A stretch of DNA of 64,000 nucleotides, from positions 43,774,001 to 43,838,000 of the forward strand of contig CM097885.1 of the NCBI GenBank assembly GCA_044892525.1, written 5' to 3'. The notes below the pieces were generated by a model that saw nothing but the letters and a program-made list of their open reading frames with translations, searched no databases and was not told the DNA's origin. Within the stretch, counting starts at the first letter, position 1; every line of letters begins with the position of its first letter. A program made the translations under genes and the position numbers. Origin of the DNA: Schmidtea polychroa (lineage: Eukaryota). This document shows positions 25,748 to 40,575 of this stretch, in pieces.

Positions 25748-26076
25748 ATTAGTATAGATATGTACAAATCGGATATTATAGGGGTAACTTGTAGGTGATG
25801 GATTTTGTAAATAAATTATATACGCAAGATTATATGAATAGCTATGGGGAAGTCATTATGGGTGATTTTTACAATCATAGTCTACAAACTTTGATCAGAA
25901 GTATACACAGTGGTGGGATTCAAAATATTTAACAACAGGTTCGCATCCGGAAAACAATTGAGAACCGGTTTGGCCGTAAAAAAAATCAAAAATTTGTTAT
26001 CGTTTTTATTTCAATTCATTATTTAATTTCATATATTATTTTAAAAACAGTAAAGGTAATAGAAACAGGATAGTTA

Positions 26077-26081
<5 letters not shown>

Positions 26082-26156
<75 letters not shown>
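26082..26156. repeat. (TA)n microsatellite, left flank of the MULE
   Basis: Seen directly. Confidence 0.97.
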
Positions 26157-27348
<1,192 letters not shown>

Positions 27349-27356
27349 GTTTAAAA

Positions 27357-30080
27357 TTATTTCAAATATTTCCAAATTGAAATTTGATTATCATTATAGT
27401 TTATTGGTGCAGGTTTTTTTACTCTGTTGTCATCTGCAGAGTGATTCTTCCTCAACCAAGTTTTAACAAATCGTTCAGGGTTCCATATGTCCAAAGGAAG
27501 ACCAAATAAATTTATTACCATGAGATTAGCAACATTTTGAACAATTAAACGGTTTCTTTTTTCGGAATATATTAGATTCATTGTAGAAAACTCTCTTTCT
27601 GCTTCCACAGAACTAATCGCTACAGTATTGATAATGTTTTTTGCTCTTTGTATTGATTTTAGAATGACAAAAATTTGCTTATAACATTTTCCAAAAAGTC
27701 ACGGAAGTCATTTACGTCGATGTTGTATTTAAAAATATCTGTGAATCCGACCAATTTCTCTTCTGCGGCTATCCATGGAACCACAATCTCATCGATGTTC
27801 CAAGAATCATGCTCCAGAACGCTAATAACTTCAAAAAGTTTATTGGTATCATTTTTCGTACTTTTTGTTGCCAATAAATGGTCATCATCATCCATTAGTC
27901 TTGTTCTCATATTAGCAATTACTGCGTCCAATAGTTTTTGGCGAGGGAGTCTGCTGTAAATTGTATGCTCTATAAAATTAATATCTTTAAAAGCATCTGA
28001 ATTGATGACTTCATTCACTTTCTTTGCATAGATACCTTTATTTTCTTTAATCATTTTAATGGCCAACATGGATCTTCTTATTAAAATTTGGGCTCGTAAA
28101 ATATTTAAATTTCTAGCTTGAAGCGCGTTTGAAACATATGAAATTTCTTGCAAAATATCAATCATTATTGCTAAATCTTGTAAAAAGAATTTATTGCGAA
28201 GTCGATTAGCCATTCCTGAATATTTCGTATTAGAAACAAAATATTTATATAAAGCTGGATAAGCCCTCCATACAGCAATTGTTGCTCTTAAGCTGCTAGC
28301 GGCCCATCTAGGTCCTAAAACTCTGCAATCTTTATAATTTCTAGCCCAAGTTCTTCAGAAATATTCTTAAGTTCTAACTGATTTTTATTTGATTTATGAA
28401 AAATCACGTATATTTTATCAAAAAATATCTTGAAATGATTTATTTGTTTCATTGTGTCAATAGAATCATCTAAAACCAATTGCAGACGATGGCTTAAACA
28501 ATGCCAAATAATTGTGCCAGGGAAATCTTTTGAAAGTCTTGAGCTGACACCTGATTTACGACCAAGTATTACACTTGCACCATCAGAACAAAATGCAATC
28601 AAATTTGATTTCAAATAATTTATATCGAATCCAACTTTATATATACTCTGTAACATGGTCGTGTATATAGTTTCAGCATCTTGTGCTTCCAATTCAACTA
28701 AATCTAGAAATATTGTTGGTGGCACATCAGAATCTTCAACTTTTAAATAAATTATTAGTACAGATTTACTAGATATAGTCGAGGCTTTTCAAATCCTTTG
28801 CGATTATTTTGCAAAATAATTCCTTTTTTATTTCTGATGCAATGTAATCAATAATTTTAACTGCAGTTTTGAGAGAATGGAGTCCCACTCCCATGTTCAA
28901 TCCATTTTTAACTTGTAGTTCAATTGTTGGGTTCAGTAGGAACCGGAATCAAAAGTTTTGAAATTAAATAATAATTAATTACTAAAATTAGAATTAAAAT
29001 ATAAATACTATTTAAAAATTACTAAAATTGGAATTAAAATATAAATAGTAATAAATAATTACTAAAAATAGATTCGTAACAAAAATAGTAATTGTTTAAA
29101 AATATATAATAAAAATAGTAATTAAATAATTACTATTAATAGATTTAAAATAAATAAATTTATATAAATACTAGTAAAATTATATTGATCGGAGGAGAGA
29201 GAAAAAGATCATAGATCAAAAAAAATCAAAAGGAGAAGTTAAAATTAGATTGGGAAAAATTTCTAGTTGGTATCTCATTGGACGAATTTCCGTTTAGTGA
29301 ACATTCCGTATTCATTTTATTGATCGGAAGAAAAAGAAATTTACGAATCTCGTGGAAACTTAATATCGCGACACTATAAATAAGCTCCAATATTCATTGG
29401 AGTATTTGAGAAGAGAACAAAAGAAGAAAACAATTAGGATTCGTTTCGACAACCCATCTGTGGTTTCGTCTATCTACTTGAAGGAATTAAACAAAGAAAA
29501 TTAAATTAGTTAGTATTTATTGTTGTTCATATCTAAATAAATATAAATATATATAAATTTATTCTGTCACATAAAACGATTTTAACAAGGTAAACAGTAA
29601 CGTCAGCACGTATCTTTTTGTGTTGTCTCGTTAAGAATATAATTTGAAAAAAGGGTTAACCGATTTCTGGGTTGACTCTATCGCGTTAAAATATGGTAAA
29701 CTCCCTTATCTCTTTTCCGCTCATCTATATCGGACTGTTGGCGCATTTAGGGCCAGCCTTGATTCTTAGTAATACTCTTTAGGGTGGTTTGTATAACCGT
29801 TTTCTGTTCTTTAGAAAGCAGCGTGATTAATTGTGTAATATAAACATTTGTGTAACAAATTATTTATTGTTAATAAATATTTAAATCATATTCGTTATTT
29901 TATTTACCTACACGCATTATAAATTATTTGGAGTCAGATAAAACGTTTTTTGTGTTAGTTCGAGTACATACCCATCGAACCTAACACAATCTCATTTTGA
30001 ATATCAGAAAATGGTCTGCATCTTTTTGCTATACTGTAAACACTATTAAAGATTTTGCATGTAGAATCGATATAATTAGT
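27357..30080 (-). pseudogene. hAT transposase (KIAA1586/ZNF862-like), disrupted
   Basis: VYSIAKRCRPFSD | IELQVKNGLNMG is joined across the solo LTR. Also FCSDGAS, HCLSHRLQL, PRWAAS and the dimerisation motif EAEREFSTMN. Confidence 0.9.
28925..29986. mobile_element. Solo LTR (1062 bp) inserted in the hAT transposase
   Basis: TGTTGGGTTC...GAACCTAACA inverted ends and a 4-bp TSD CAAT. Removing it restores the transposase frame (QNEI|ELQVKNG). Confidence 0.9.
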
Positions 30081-32453
30081 ACATATATTTAGTACATATA
30101 ATTAGTACATATACAGATAGTTTGGTGTAAGGTACTATAGGGTTAACTTATGAATATTTGTAAAGTAGTATATATAGGTAATATTAATATGAACATTTAT
30201 ATGTGGGATATTTAAGGAGTTAATTTGAAAAATTATAAGTTATAAATTTTGTAGATAGCATATATAAGTAGTAATATGATGAATGGTTATCGATAAGTAG
30301 TTATGGGGGTAGCTTATAAGATTATGATCTATACATTTTATGTACCCATACAAGTAGTATTAAGATGCGAGTAGCACATATAAATAATATCATCCGATGC
30401 ACATAGGACCTAGGGTGAGCTATAAATTTGCTTTATCCAACTTTATCTGGGGGAGATTTGTAAAGATACATTAATACAATTGTAAGATCTAGTTTATCGA
30501 TTTATGTTCCCAGATCATATATAATGTTAATGTAAGGATATAACTATTCATAGGTAAAATCAAAATATTACGCTTTAGCAAAATAGGTATAATAAAATTA
30601 GAGGTAGCCATGATATGATATTTATAAATTTGGGACTAATGGGTACGATAACATAACCAGATATAATTATAAGTGCGGTTTGGAATAAAACTGAATGTTA
30701 AATTGAATGTTAAATTAAATAATTATGAGGATAGGTTAAGCATAAAATCGACATAAAATTATCATAGAACATTATAAAAGGAAATTTATACATAAATTGT
30801 TGATTATCAAGTTAGGTATCGGACTATTATTTTAGAGTTGATGAAAATTGTTTTTAGGTATCAGCATTCTATTTAGATTTTTATAAAAAGGTTTACTGCT
30901 ACAAATTTGATTAATTTTTTAAGATCGACAAATTGAATTTTGGTAAATCAAATGAATTGTGAATTCCTGAACTACGCATATGCATTTCGAACTGCCTTAA
31001 ACGGTAGTCGTTTTCTTTATCCAATTCTCCGCTTATGTCATTTAAACCTTCTTTGTAGTTATCCATTCCTTGTCTCTGCGCATTGGAAGTATCATCGTAG
31101 TAATTGAAGGCCTATTCCACTTTCCTTTAATTTATAATTTACAGTTCGAAATACATAGGCATAATTTAGTTTTATATAATTTAGTTTTAGCCAACTACAT
31201 TCGTGATTCATATTGTGATTAATTAAGTCATGCCTAAGGTACTGTATTTGTGTTGATTTTAAGTGTGTACGTTATATGTATTTTATAAATGAAAAAGGTC
31301 GTTTAAAGAAAAATTGCTTGCTTACGGGGCCTCACTGTGCTCCCTACGACAAGCCCTAATGTGTATGTACGTCGGTAATATAATACCGTATTATAATAAC
31401 GATAACGAGTTCTAAGAACTCCATCGCCCAGAGGTAAGTTATCGACGAACCCAGTGGCCTATACCACTGAGTCGGCACGACCTCCGACAACCCCACCATT
31501 TATAGTATCGATGTGCTTGCCAGGCAGTGGTCTGCAGACGTCAAGGCTGTTTGCACAATGACGTTGGATTTTATAAAATAACAATTTTTATGCGAGACGG
31601 ATCAAATTCGATGACGCTTTGATCGATGTTGATCCTTCAAAAAAAAATTAACAGAGATATCTTTAACAATATTATATTAACATTACAATTACCCTAATCG
31701 GTTTAAAAACATATTTAACATCGTTTCATAAAATATATAGTAAATATAACAAACATCCTTTCTTTACAGTTTCTGGTAGACAAAGAAAAGTTTTTTGGCA
31801 TAAAGATTGAGATTGTGACTAAAATGCGTCGGTTTATATACCTATTTTTGTGTGTGCAAGTACACGTGTATGTATTGATGCATTAAAACAAACTCGAATT
31901 CTTTTTATTCTGGAATTTTCTATTTTCTATTTTTTGTATTTTTAATGGCAATTTTAGTGCCATAATTTTTATTTTTATTTTTAAATTTTAATTTTCTAGT
32001 TATTTTTTGTTAAATTTACCTCCATGATGGATTTGGAACGATTTCAGAACATTCCATATTAATTTTAAATTAATTTTTATTTTATTGATGTTTTTCTTAA
32101 TTTCTTTTTAAGAATTTTTATTTTCATAACTATTTATTTATTTATTTATTTTGATGACTTTTTTTGTTTTATGTGGCTTTCATGATGGTTATCGCCATTC
32201 TTATGAAATGTTCTGGGATTTTCTAGAATTTTTTTACCATCTTTCAAAGCTATTCGAGTCTGTTTTTTGTAATTTTGTGTTTCTTTGCTATTTTTGAGTT
32301 AGTTTCTTGCACTACTTCTTGCATCTGTATCATTTTATTTAGTTTCTTTGTTTATATTTTTGTTATTTTTCTTCTTAATTAATATTGTTTATTTGGTGTA
32401 TTTTTCTATTTAACTGGACTTATTGCTATTTGCGTGCTATGTACCTACGCATC

Positions 32454-33790
32454 TCAGTCACAATTTAGAGTTTTGGGTCTAGAAATCATTTCTAGCCCAA
32501 CAATGCCAAATATTCTCATGGTGTCTACCCCTCCTATGAAATCTGGATGAATTTTTCTGACAATAATAACATCCAATTCTCGACATTTGTTGTTCCATTT
32601 TGCAACGATATTTACGCTTCCGAAAGGTTTCTCGTCTTCTTTTGCAAATACTCCATTCAATCGAACTCTGCATTCCATCAATGTTGGATTGCTAATCAAC
32701 ATTTTTCACTCATCACACTGATTGAAGCTCCTGGATCCCACAGCATTTCAACATAAAATCAACATCTTCTTAAACATCACATCATTCGTTACAACATTTC
32801 GTTTTTTATACTCATCTACTGTCTCGACCCTACTGATGAAATGTAAACAACAGGGTCTTCTTGGTTTTTTTCTCCCGACATTATGCATGACTGGTTATAT
32901 GAATTCTTCTGATCTATCGTCGTTTTCTTCGTGTATACAATACACTCTTCGTTCCGGTCTTTGAGTTTTACTTCTTGATTTTGCTAACAAATTACAACTT
33001 CTAAATAAATGATCTTCTTTACCGCATATTAAGCATTTGGCCTTCGACGGACACTCAAATCGCATATAATCGCTTTCTCCACAACAAAGCATTGGCCAGG
33101 TCTTAACCTTTCTTCTGCTTGCTCAGGTAAACCACAACATCTATTTTAAACCTTTCTCTTGATATGCTTCATTGAAACTAACTGTGGTGGTCTACGATCT
33201 GTTGTTGTCCTTTCATTATATTGTTCTACGATCTGTTGTTGTCCTTTCATTATATTGTTCTGCCACAGGTTTCACTTTATCAATTTGTCTTTCGTTTCTT
33301 TCATTTCTATATTGATAAATTTTTTCTGGTTGACGACTTGAATATATTCTGTTATCAAAATATGATTTTTGCTTATCTTAAGCAACGTTTGCATATGTTG
33401 ATTTAGCTATTGCCAGAACTTCTTCCAATTGTTCTTTTGCATAATAACCGTCTCGTGTCTCATATACCTTTGCTAAATTTCAGATTTTGTCTCTCGTGAT
33501 GTTGGTCTTCATTGATATATTTTCTTTCAAACGTTCCTTCCGAACTCTGTTGCACAAAATCATTTCAACAATATTCTCTTTTGAAATTCCACAGTCGAAA
33601 ACCTCGTCAACGAGTTTCTTCACTCGTATCTCGAATGTAACGAATCTTTCATCATGATTTTGTTTCACTGATGATAAGTCACAAATCTTATCCATAATGA
33701 ACTTCTTTTTTGTAAATGTGTCATTAAACCATTCACGAGCTTTTTCATTTGTTGTGGAGATGTCTTTAAATTCATTCCGCAGAATATACC
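32454..33790 (-). pseudogene. Gag (two degenerate zinc knuckles) and aspartic protease remnant; RT, RNase H and integrase core missing
   Basis: VKQNHDERFVTFEIRV (gag), CCGESDYMRFEC and CLICGKEDHLFRSC, protease MLWDPGASISVMS...DFIGGVD. Confidence 0.8.
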
Positions 33791-34039
33791 CAAAGTTTAC
33801 GCTATCGATAGTGCCAGTATGTACTAAAGTTTATATATTATAAACCCTCTCACATTTTAATTTCAAACAAGTAAATCAGTGAGTATGGTTGATACCTTGG
33901 GGTCTGATATAGATAATTTGTAAAACTAAATATCAGGTGAAGTAACTTTACTGTTAATATCTTTCGTGACGTTGATTTACTAAAGAAGCTCTTTTTTCAT
34001 TAAATCACTATGATCTGTTTTAGTTTCTTTAATTGTTTA

Positions 34040-34215
34040 CAGTGCCGTGCTGCTGGGGGCCTTGTGCAGACACTAAAAAAAAGTTTGTAAAATTTTATTG
34101 CATTCATTTTTATTAATTTTAATGAAGTTTTCTAATGTATTTAATATTTGGGGGCCCCTAAAAATAGACGGCTCAGTGCGATTGTACATGTTGCACTTAC
34201 GATAGTAAGGAGCTG
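34040..34215. mobile_element. hAT-type MITE
   Basis: CAG...CTG ends, GGGGGCC(CC) subterminal motifs, near-perfect 8-bp TSD ATTGTTTA/ACTGTTTA. Confidence 0.65.
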
Positions 34216-34836
34216 ACTGTTTAAATATATCTATATTTATTGCTAATTTACAGTTCAGCCACGCTAATTTATTAACCCAAATGTATTTTTGAATTGTTTT
34301 TCCTAGAAAAATTGTAATAAATCTAAATTAATTAAAATTTGATGGTTCACTATTATTAGTCACATTCATTTTAGACATATTTTTAGACATCTGATCTAAC
34401 TTTCCATTCTGAACAAATTATATTATTAATTAGACATTTTATCTGAAATTTTGTCATATACATTAACATCTTAGCTACATTTCTACAATAATTAGACAAC
34501 TTATATTAGGATTTAAATTTAATATATTTGTTTTAATTAATAAATAATTTTCATGGATTCTATCACAATTATGTGAAAAGGAATTATTTTTTAATGCGTT
34601 TCAATCTTTCTTTCGTCATTCATGTAAATGTCATTCATTTCTTTTTCAAATAATGTTAACTGTCAGATCTCACTTGATATATTCTTTAGGAATTTGCATA
34701 CTTTTGATTCATAAAGTTTAGTTTTAGTTACTTAATTATGGCATTTCTATTAATTTAGAAATTATCAGAAGTAAAACAAAATAAAAAAAAATATTGAAAT
34801 TATAAATACATTTTAACTATTACAATAACATTATAA

Positions 34837-35039
34837 GAACTTTTTTTCCAATTTCACCACTGATTATTTTTTCCATTGAATTTATTAAAAAGAGAACTTG
34901 ACGACTATAAATCAGTAATATATCGATGTTTTTTGATACTCTTGAAAATTCATTTGAAAAAGGCAGTGCCGAAAATTCGTGAATATCAAAAAACATCGAT
35001 ATATTACTGATTTATAGTCTTCAAGTTCTCTTTTTAATA
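34837..35039. repeat. Foldback repeat family, most complete copy
   Basis: About 56-bp inverted arms (34883-34938 and 34984-35039, one mismatch). Related fragments occur at about 8436, 48860, 52232, 59041 and 62850. Confidence 0.85.
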
Positions 35040-36135
35040 TATTACAATAACAACATTAATAACAATCAAATTGAGAGTTCCGTATTTTCTTTCGCATATC
35101 CTTCGGGTGGAAATAAACAGTGAATTTAAACATAACCGGTAAAAGCGAATTGATGTACAGTAAGTTAAATTCGGTCGAAAATTTTGAAATATATATGGCA
35201 GACGGGAAAATTTGCTGGTATAACTAGCAGAATATATAAAGGAAAATACTATAATTAAGATCTTGGATTCATAAATTTTGAAGAAATTATATGAATGATA
35301 TAAAAATGAAAAATTTTGAAATTATTCAAATTTGAATAGACAAATGCGTGGAGAATTAAGGTAACATAAATTAGTCAGAAATATTTAATTAGAATTTTAG
35401 GGATGAGTTAATATATAATTTCTCAAGTAAAATTAAAGAAAAATGAAATAAAATAAAATTCACAAATTAAAGTATAAATTTTTATATTAAAAATTAAGTT
35501 AAAAGTTAAAGATTGAATTGTTTTGACTTAATCGGCAAAGTGCGTTTTATTAAAATATTCAACATTTTTGAAGTGAATCTTCTATACGCAGAAATTTCCA
35601 GGCATAATATAAACGTGACATTTTTGATTGTTTCAAAGACACCAAGACGTAATTAACTTGAAATTGTGTGCTCATTTTTCATCATGATGTTTGTGGATAG
35701 AACCAAATGCATTTCACTTTTGCTTCGTGATTTTGACTGTATGCCTATAGTAAGTGTGTGTGTGTGTAGTCATCGGAAAGAGTACATATTTTTCTACTTA
35801 TAGTAGATTGAATTGAGTAACGGTGTATAAACAAATGCGAAACAATCAAAGAATAGCCAAATATCAACTTACTAATTAGTTTCCGTTTACAGATTTTTAA
35901 AACAAGTATCGTTTTTATAAGATTGTCACCTAAAAAGAAGATGCTTTGTACACGAAATTGTTTAAAATTACTTTATCTTCTTGATGAAAACCAACATTAC
36001 TATTTAAAATACTAAGACGAATGATAAAATTGAAAAAGCTAACTTTATTCAACTTTTCTTAATAAATAAACGAACTAGATTGAAAGAAATTTAAATGAAA
36101 AATATATGTTAACAATTATCCGAATTGGATATTAC

Positions 36136-36900
36136 TGTTATAACGTTCGGTGGTTTATTCTTATCTATTTGTATTATAGTATTTATGTAATGTATGATTG
36201 CGTGTGTAAAACAAATTTGATGAACAAATAGAGTCACCGGTAAAAATTGTGGCGGGACAATCGGGGTGCGTGTATGTATGAGTGTTTACAAAACTCAGGT
36301 AAAAATGACAAACTATATAATTAACAAACGTTTTATTAAATAATAAAATTTATACGACCTTTAATTTTCTTTTGTCCTGATTGATCGTTTGGTTGGTGGG
36401 GGTTTACAAATGGTTTTATTTTGATCCGTTAATTGTTAGCTGGTGTTGACCCGGACAACTGCCAGAGAAGAAACAGTGGGAAGTATGGATTTAAGTTTAT
36501 TTAGGATTAATAATAGAGCTTTCAAATTTGGAAGACCGAAAGTTGACTTTCGAGATATCTCTAGAATTGAGTTAAGTGGAAAACTCTTTGTTTCCTGGAA
36601 TGCTTATTTATGAAGAGTATATGATCTTTCGGATCTGAGATATTGAGATTCCGATTATATATTGTATCTTTGTATTCTTGTTAGGATTTATCTTCTTTTC
36701 AAATTCACGAATTTTTATACTGTATCTTTGTATTCATGTTAGGATTTAACTTCTTTTCAAATTTACGTTTCCTTTCTATTTTAAATTATTTATTTTCGAT
36801 TTTTTTCGATTTTTCATTTTTACTATAGCGATATTTTACTATAGCAAATTATAGCTATATAGTTTTTTTAAGACTTTTTATTTCATGGCGTTGTGGGCGC
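36136..36900 (+). mobile_element. Probable LTR with PBS-like site
   Basis: TGTTATAACG...TTTCA (36885) followed by TGGCGTTGTGGGC, with an internal tandem duplication at 36663-36768. The first 12 bp recur at 40507, after decayed RT/integrase-like sequence at 38400-40450. Confidence 0.4.
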
Positions 36901-38902
36901 CAAAACGGGAGTAAAAACAAAACCTAATTGAGGTTCTGTTTTGACTCATAATTATGATTAAAATTGTAACATTCTACTACAATTACCAACAACCTTTGAG
37001 GAACTACTACTGCCCTCACTTTATTGGTCAAACAATAACGAGAAAACAGTATATAAACCACTTTGCAAAATGCAAACAACACTTTTTAACTAATTAAAAT
37101 TTACACTTATTATTCTTATTTTGATTATTTCCGAGAAAGCATTTGACTGTAAACTTGAGATGTTTTACTAATATTTGTCTTTATAAGTTAATGTAAATTT
37201 AATATGTTGATTAGTCGGTTTTATTTCGAATTCTTAATATGTCAATAAAATTTTAATGCTTATAATTCTTATTCATTTATTCAATTTTGTTTGACCAGAG
37301 CCAAGAAATTGAGATTTTGTTTTAATGAGTCGGAAATACTTAGCATGAAAACCGCACCAATTTTAATTAAAATCTTTGATTATACACCAAAAACACAAAT
37401 TAAAGTACACAACACATTGATAATAAATAAAACACGTATAATAAAATTGAGGAACTCAAGAAGTTGTAATCACCAACATAGTTAAGAGAGAAATAACGTA
37501 TTTGAAAAAGCTGTAAACTCGAAAATAAAAGAAAAATAAATAATTAATAATATAAAAGATTAAGAATGATTATGGGTCGTATTTACATATGAAGGAGCAA
37601 TAGCAAAGAGTGCAGAATTTAAGAAAAAAAACAGGAAAATTTAATTTAAAAAAAATTAATTAATTAAAATTAAAATTGATTAAGAGATAATAAAATGAAA
37701 AAAAATAAAATTATTAAATTATCCGATTGTTTAAATCAAATAATTAAATGTGAAATACATGCACTAGTGTATGTATGTATAGTAAATCAAAATTACCCGC
37801 ATTCCGATTGAATATAGTGGCAGCAAATGCGTAAGCGGAAAAGAAAATCAGTGTAAATACCGATTGAAAATTCATTTTTTCAACTTTTTGTTAACTCGCT
37901 CTCAGTTTTTGGTTCTATGAATTTTATGTAGTTGTGGTAAGTTTGTTTTGTGTAAATTAATTTTTAGGTTATATAAATTTTAATGATCGTTTTAATTTTT
38001 TCTCTTTTTATTTATGTAATCAGAAATTAAGGCAGATACCTGCTCAAATTTTTCGAAGAGCATATAGAATAATATCAATCATTATAGGAAATCTAGGACA
38101 ACATTTATGAACAGGGAATTAAGGGTGGATCCCTGCGAAAACTTTCAAAAGTAACATTTAATAACATCGATTAATGAGGATCATAACTATCGGCAGTCCA
38201 GGACCCGAAAATGAAAATTTAATGAGGAGTATTTTTAGTAGTAGAGCTTACCTGCTCATTGATTTTCAGCCAATGCGTACATTACTAACATGCTTGTTTC
38301 CATAGGTGCGCAAATGGTAAAAAGTAAAATAATCATGAAGATGCTTAGGAAAGAGTGTATGCCAAATCCATAAGCAACCCTAGAACATTAAAATGGCACA
38401 CCCCCTAAGCGCCAACAGTTGTGATACTATGTAATGAGACATTCCTTAAATATTCATTTTTAAGATCAATCGGGTGACTAAAAACTCGATGGAAAAACTT
38501 AGTGGACTCCCTTGTGGTTTTGTGGGTCACTCGAATGTGGTAAAAAAACTACCTCGCAAATAGAGGCGTTGTCCAGAGATGCGAGTAGGCTACGGATCAG
38601 ATGTGAATGAGATGATGGAAAAGATTATGGCGGGAACGTATTCATCAGACTATGTTCACAAAAGGTCGAAATTCAGGAAAATGAGCATACATGGAAAAAC
38701 AATAATTTATTAATTAAGGAAATCCCGAGTTAAGTAAACAGCAAGAAAAGTAAACTAATTGGATTTTGGAAACCATTATCATGACAGCATGAGTAATGGG
38801 AAAACGGAAAAAAGATTACCACAAGAGAGACGCACAGTGGGGCAATTAATTATTTATTTCGAAGGAGAAAGGATGAAAAAGGCAACTGATTTTTATTATT
38901 AC

Positions 38903-38903
<1 letters not shown>

Positions 38904-38973
<70 letters not shown>
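38904..38973. repeat. (ATT)n microsatellite
   Basis: Seen directly. Confidence 0.95.
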
Positions 38974-39238
38974 GTGATGATTTCTTGGTAGTAGCATTTA
39001 TTATTTAAAACAATAAAGCGATAATTTAAGCCTTTTGCGGCGAATAATGTATTTAATGAAATATTTTTCGATTATAAGATGCTATGAATGCTATAAGATG
39101 TAGAACCAAAAGCATAACCCAGTGTTATGAATGCTATATAGAAGCAATTCTACTAAGCACTGGGAAACGACGGAGATTGAGTAATTATTTATAAGCATGC
39201 TAGAAAAATATTTTGGAGAAAGGATTATCAATATACCT

Positions 39239-39353
39239 GTTCGAGATCATGATCATTTTACCGGTCAACATATCGGAGCAGTATGTCAGATTGTAATTTG
39301 GGTAGAAGAATCAATCCGTCTTTACCTGTTGTATTTCACAATCTTCGTGGATT
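39239..39353 (+). pseudogene. Isolated fragment of a second Polinton pPolB
   Basis: VRDHDHFTGQHIGAVCQ/CNLGRRINPSLPVVFHNLRGF (one frameshift) aligns to VRDHCHFSGKCLGAACRKCNVSRRILRQLPVVFHNLKGY at 1514-1630. Confidence 0.8.
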
Positions 39354-40575
39354 CGTGATTTCGTAATTCGTGAAAAGTAAAGTCAAAGGATTAAATAAAA
39401 GAGGTGATTTTTGTTACAGAACGTGAAGAAAACCAAAGCTGTTACAGCGAAACTTATTGAATAGTCAGAATAGGAATTTTATTGTGATATTCGGAGTTTT
39501 GTAAATTATAGATTATACAAATTTGAAAAGAAATATACGTTGAGTGTTGTTTAGCTAATTGTTTTACAGAACATGTGGATTCAGAAACACCGACGTTAAT
39601 ATTTATTTAATTAAAAACTCAACAAGTGTGTTATGGCAGATTTTATTAGCATCCAAATATTCCACCTTCAAGTAGTACTATAGCAAAGATAAATAGTCAA
39701 GTCAGCAAGTGTGTTTTAGGGTACTATTAAATCGACTTCATTTTGCTTAATTAAATTTAATTTAAGAAGTAAATTTATAATTTAAATTATTGGGTACCCT
39801 TAGATAATTCGTGTCGTTTCGTAACTGCATGATTGTCCTGGGGCCTTTACTAAACTGATAATTGACCCTTATTGATTGATGTTATTATTAGAATATGGAA
39901 AGAACTACGGGAAAAACTTCTATTGTACTATGTCACTGTCGCGACGAAAATTCATCCGAGCAACAAAAAACGTAATAATCAAATTGAGGCCACTTGAGTT
40001 CAATCAGATCAAGGTTATGAGCTCCATAGGAAAATAGTTTGACTGCAGAAATGCAGGGACGGCTTATCACCGAAGTCATGCTATATGAAACTTTATGAAG
40101 TTACAACACACATTTCTATGTCAAACTTACACTGAGGGCGAGCTGAAACAGTGAATACCCCCATTTGGAAGACACGTCAATGTTTCAATTAATGCAAGCT
40201 CATTATGTTATCTTTACATCAGGCCTAAATTCAATACCTGTCATATCAGATTCGTTTTGCTTTCAACTTTCTCTGCGGCTACAACTGTTTCCGTTGTTGT
40301 AACAGCACCCATCGTTTCGACAGTTCCAACTGTGGTGGACCCCAGGAAAATTCACAAAACTAAGGCACAACGACTACAACCCAAACGGGTGAAAGCAAGG
40401 TGGGTCGCAGAGCTCCAGGCGCTAGCCTTACCTCAAATCAAATCACCTCCTGCAAATAGGCGTTTTAATGTGGATTTAATTAAACTTTCGTTTGCTTGTT
40501 TGAAATTGTTATAACGTTGTAATGATAGTGAATGTTACTGTAGTATGTATATATGTTTCTGTTGTTCTAATGTTA

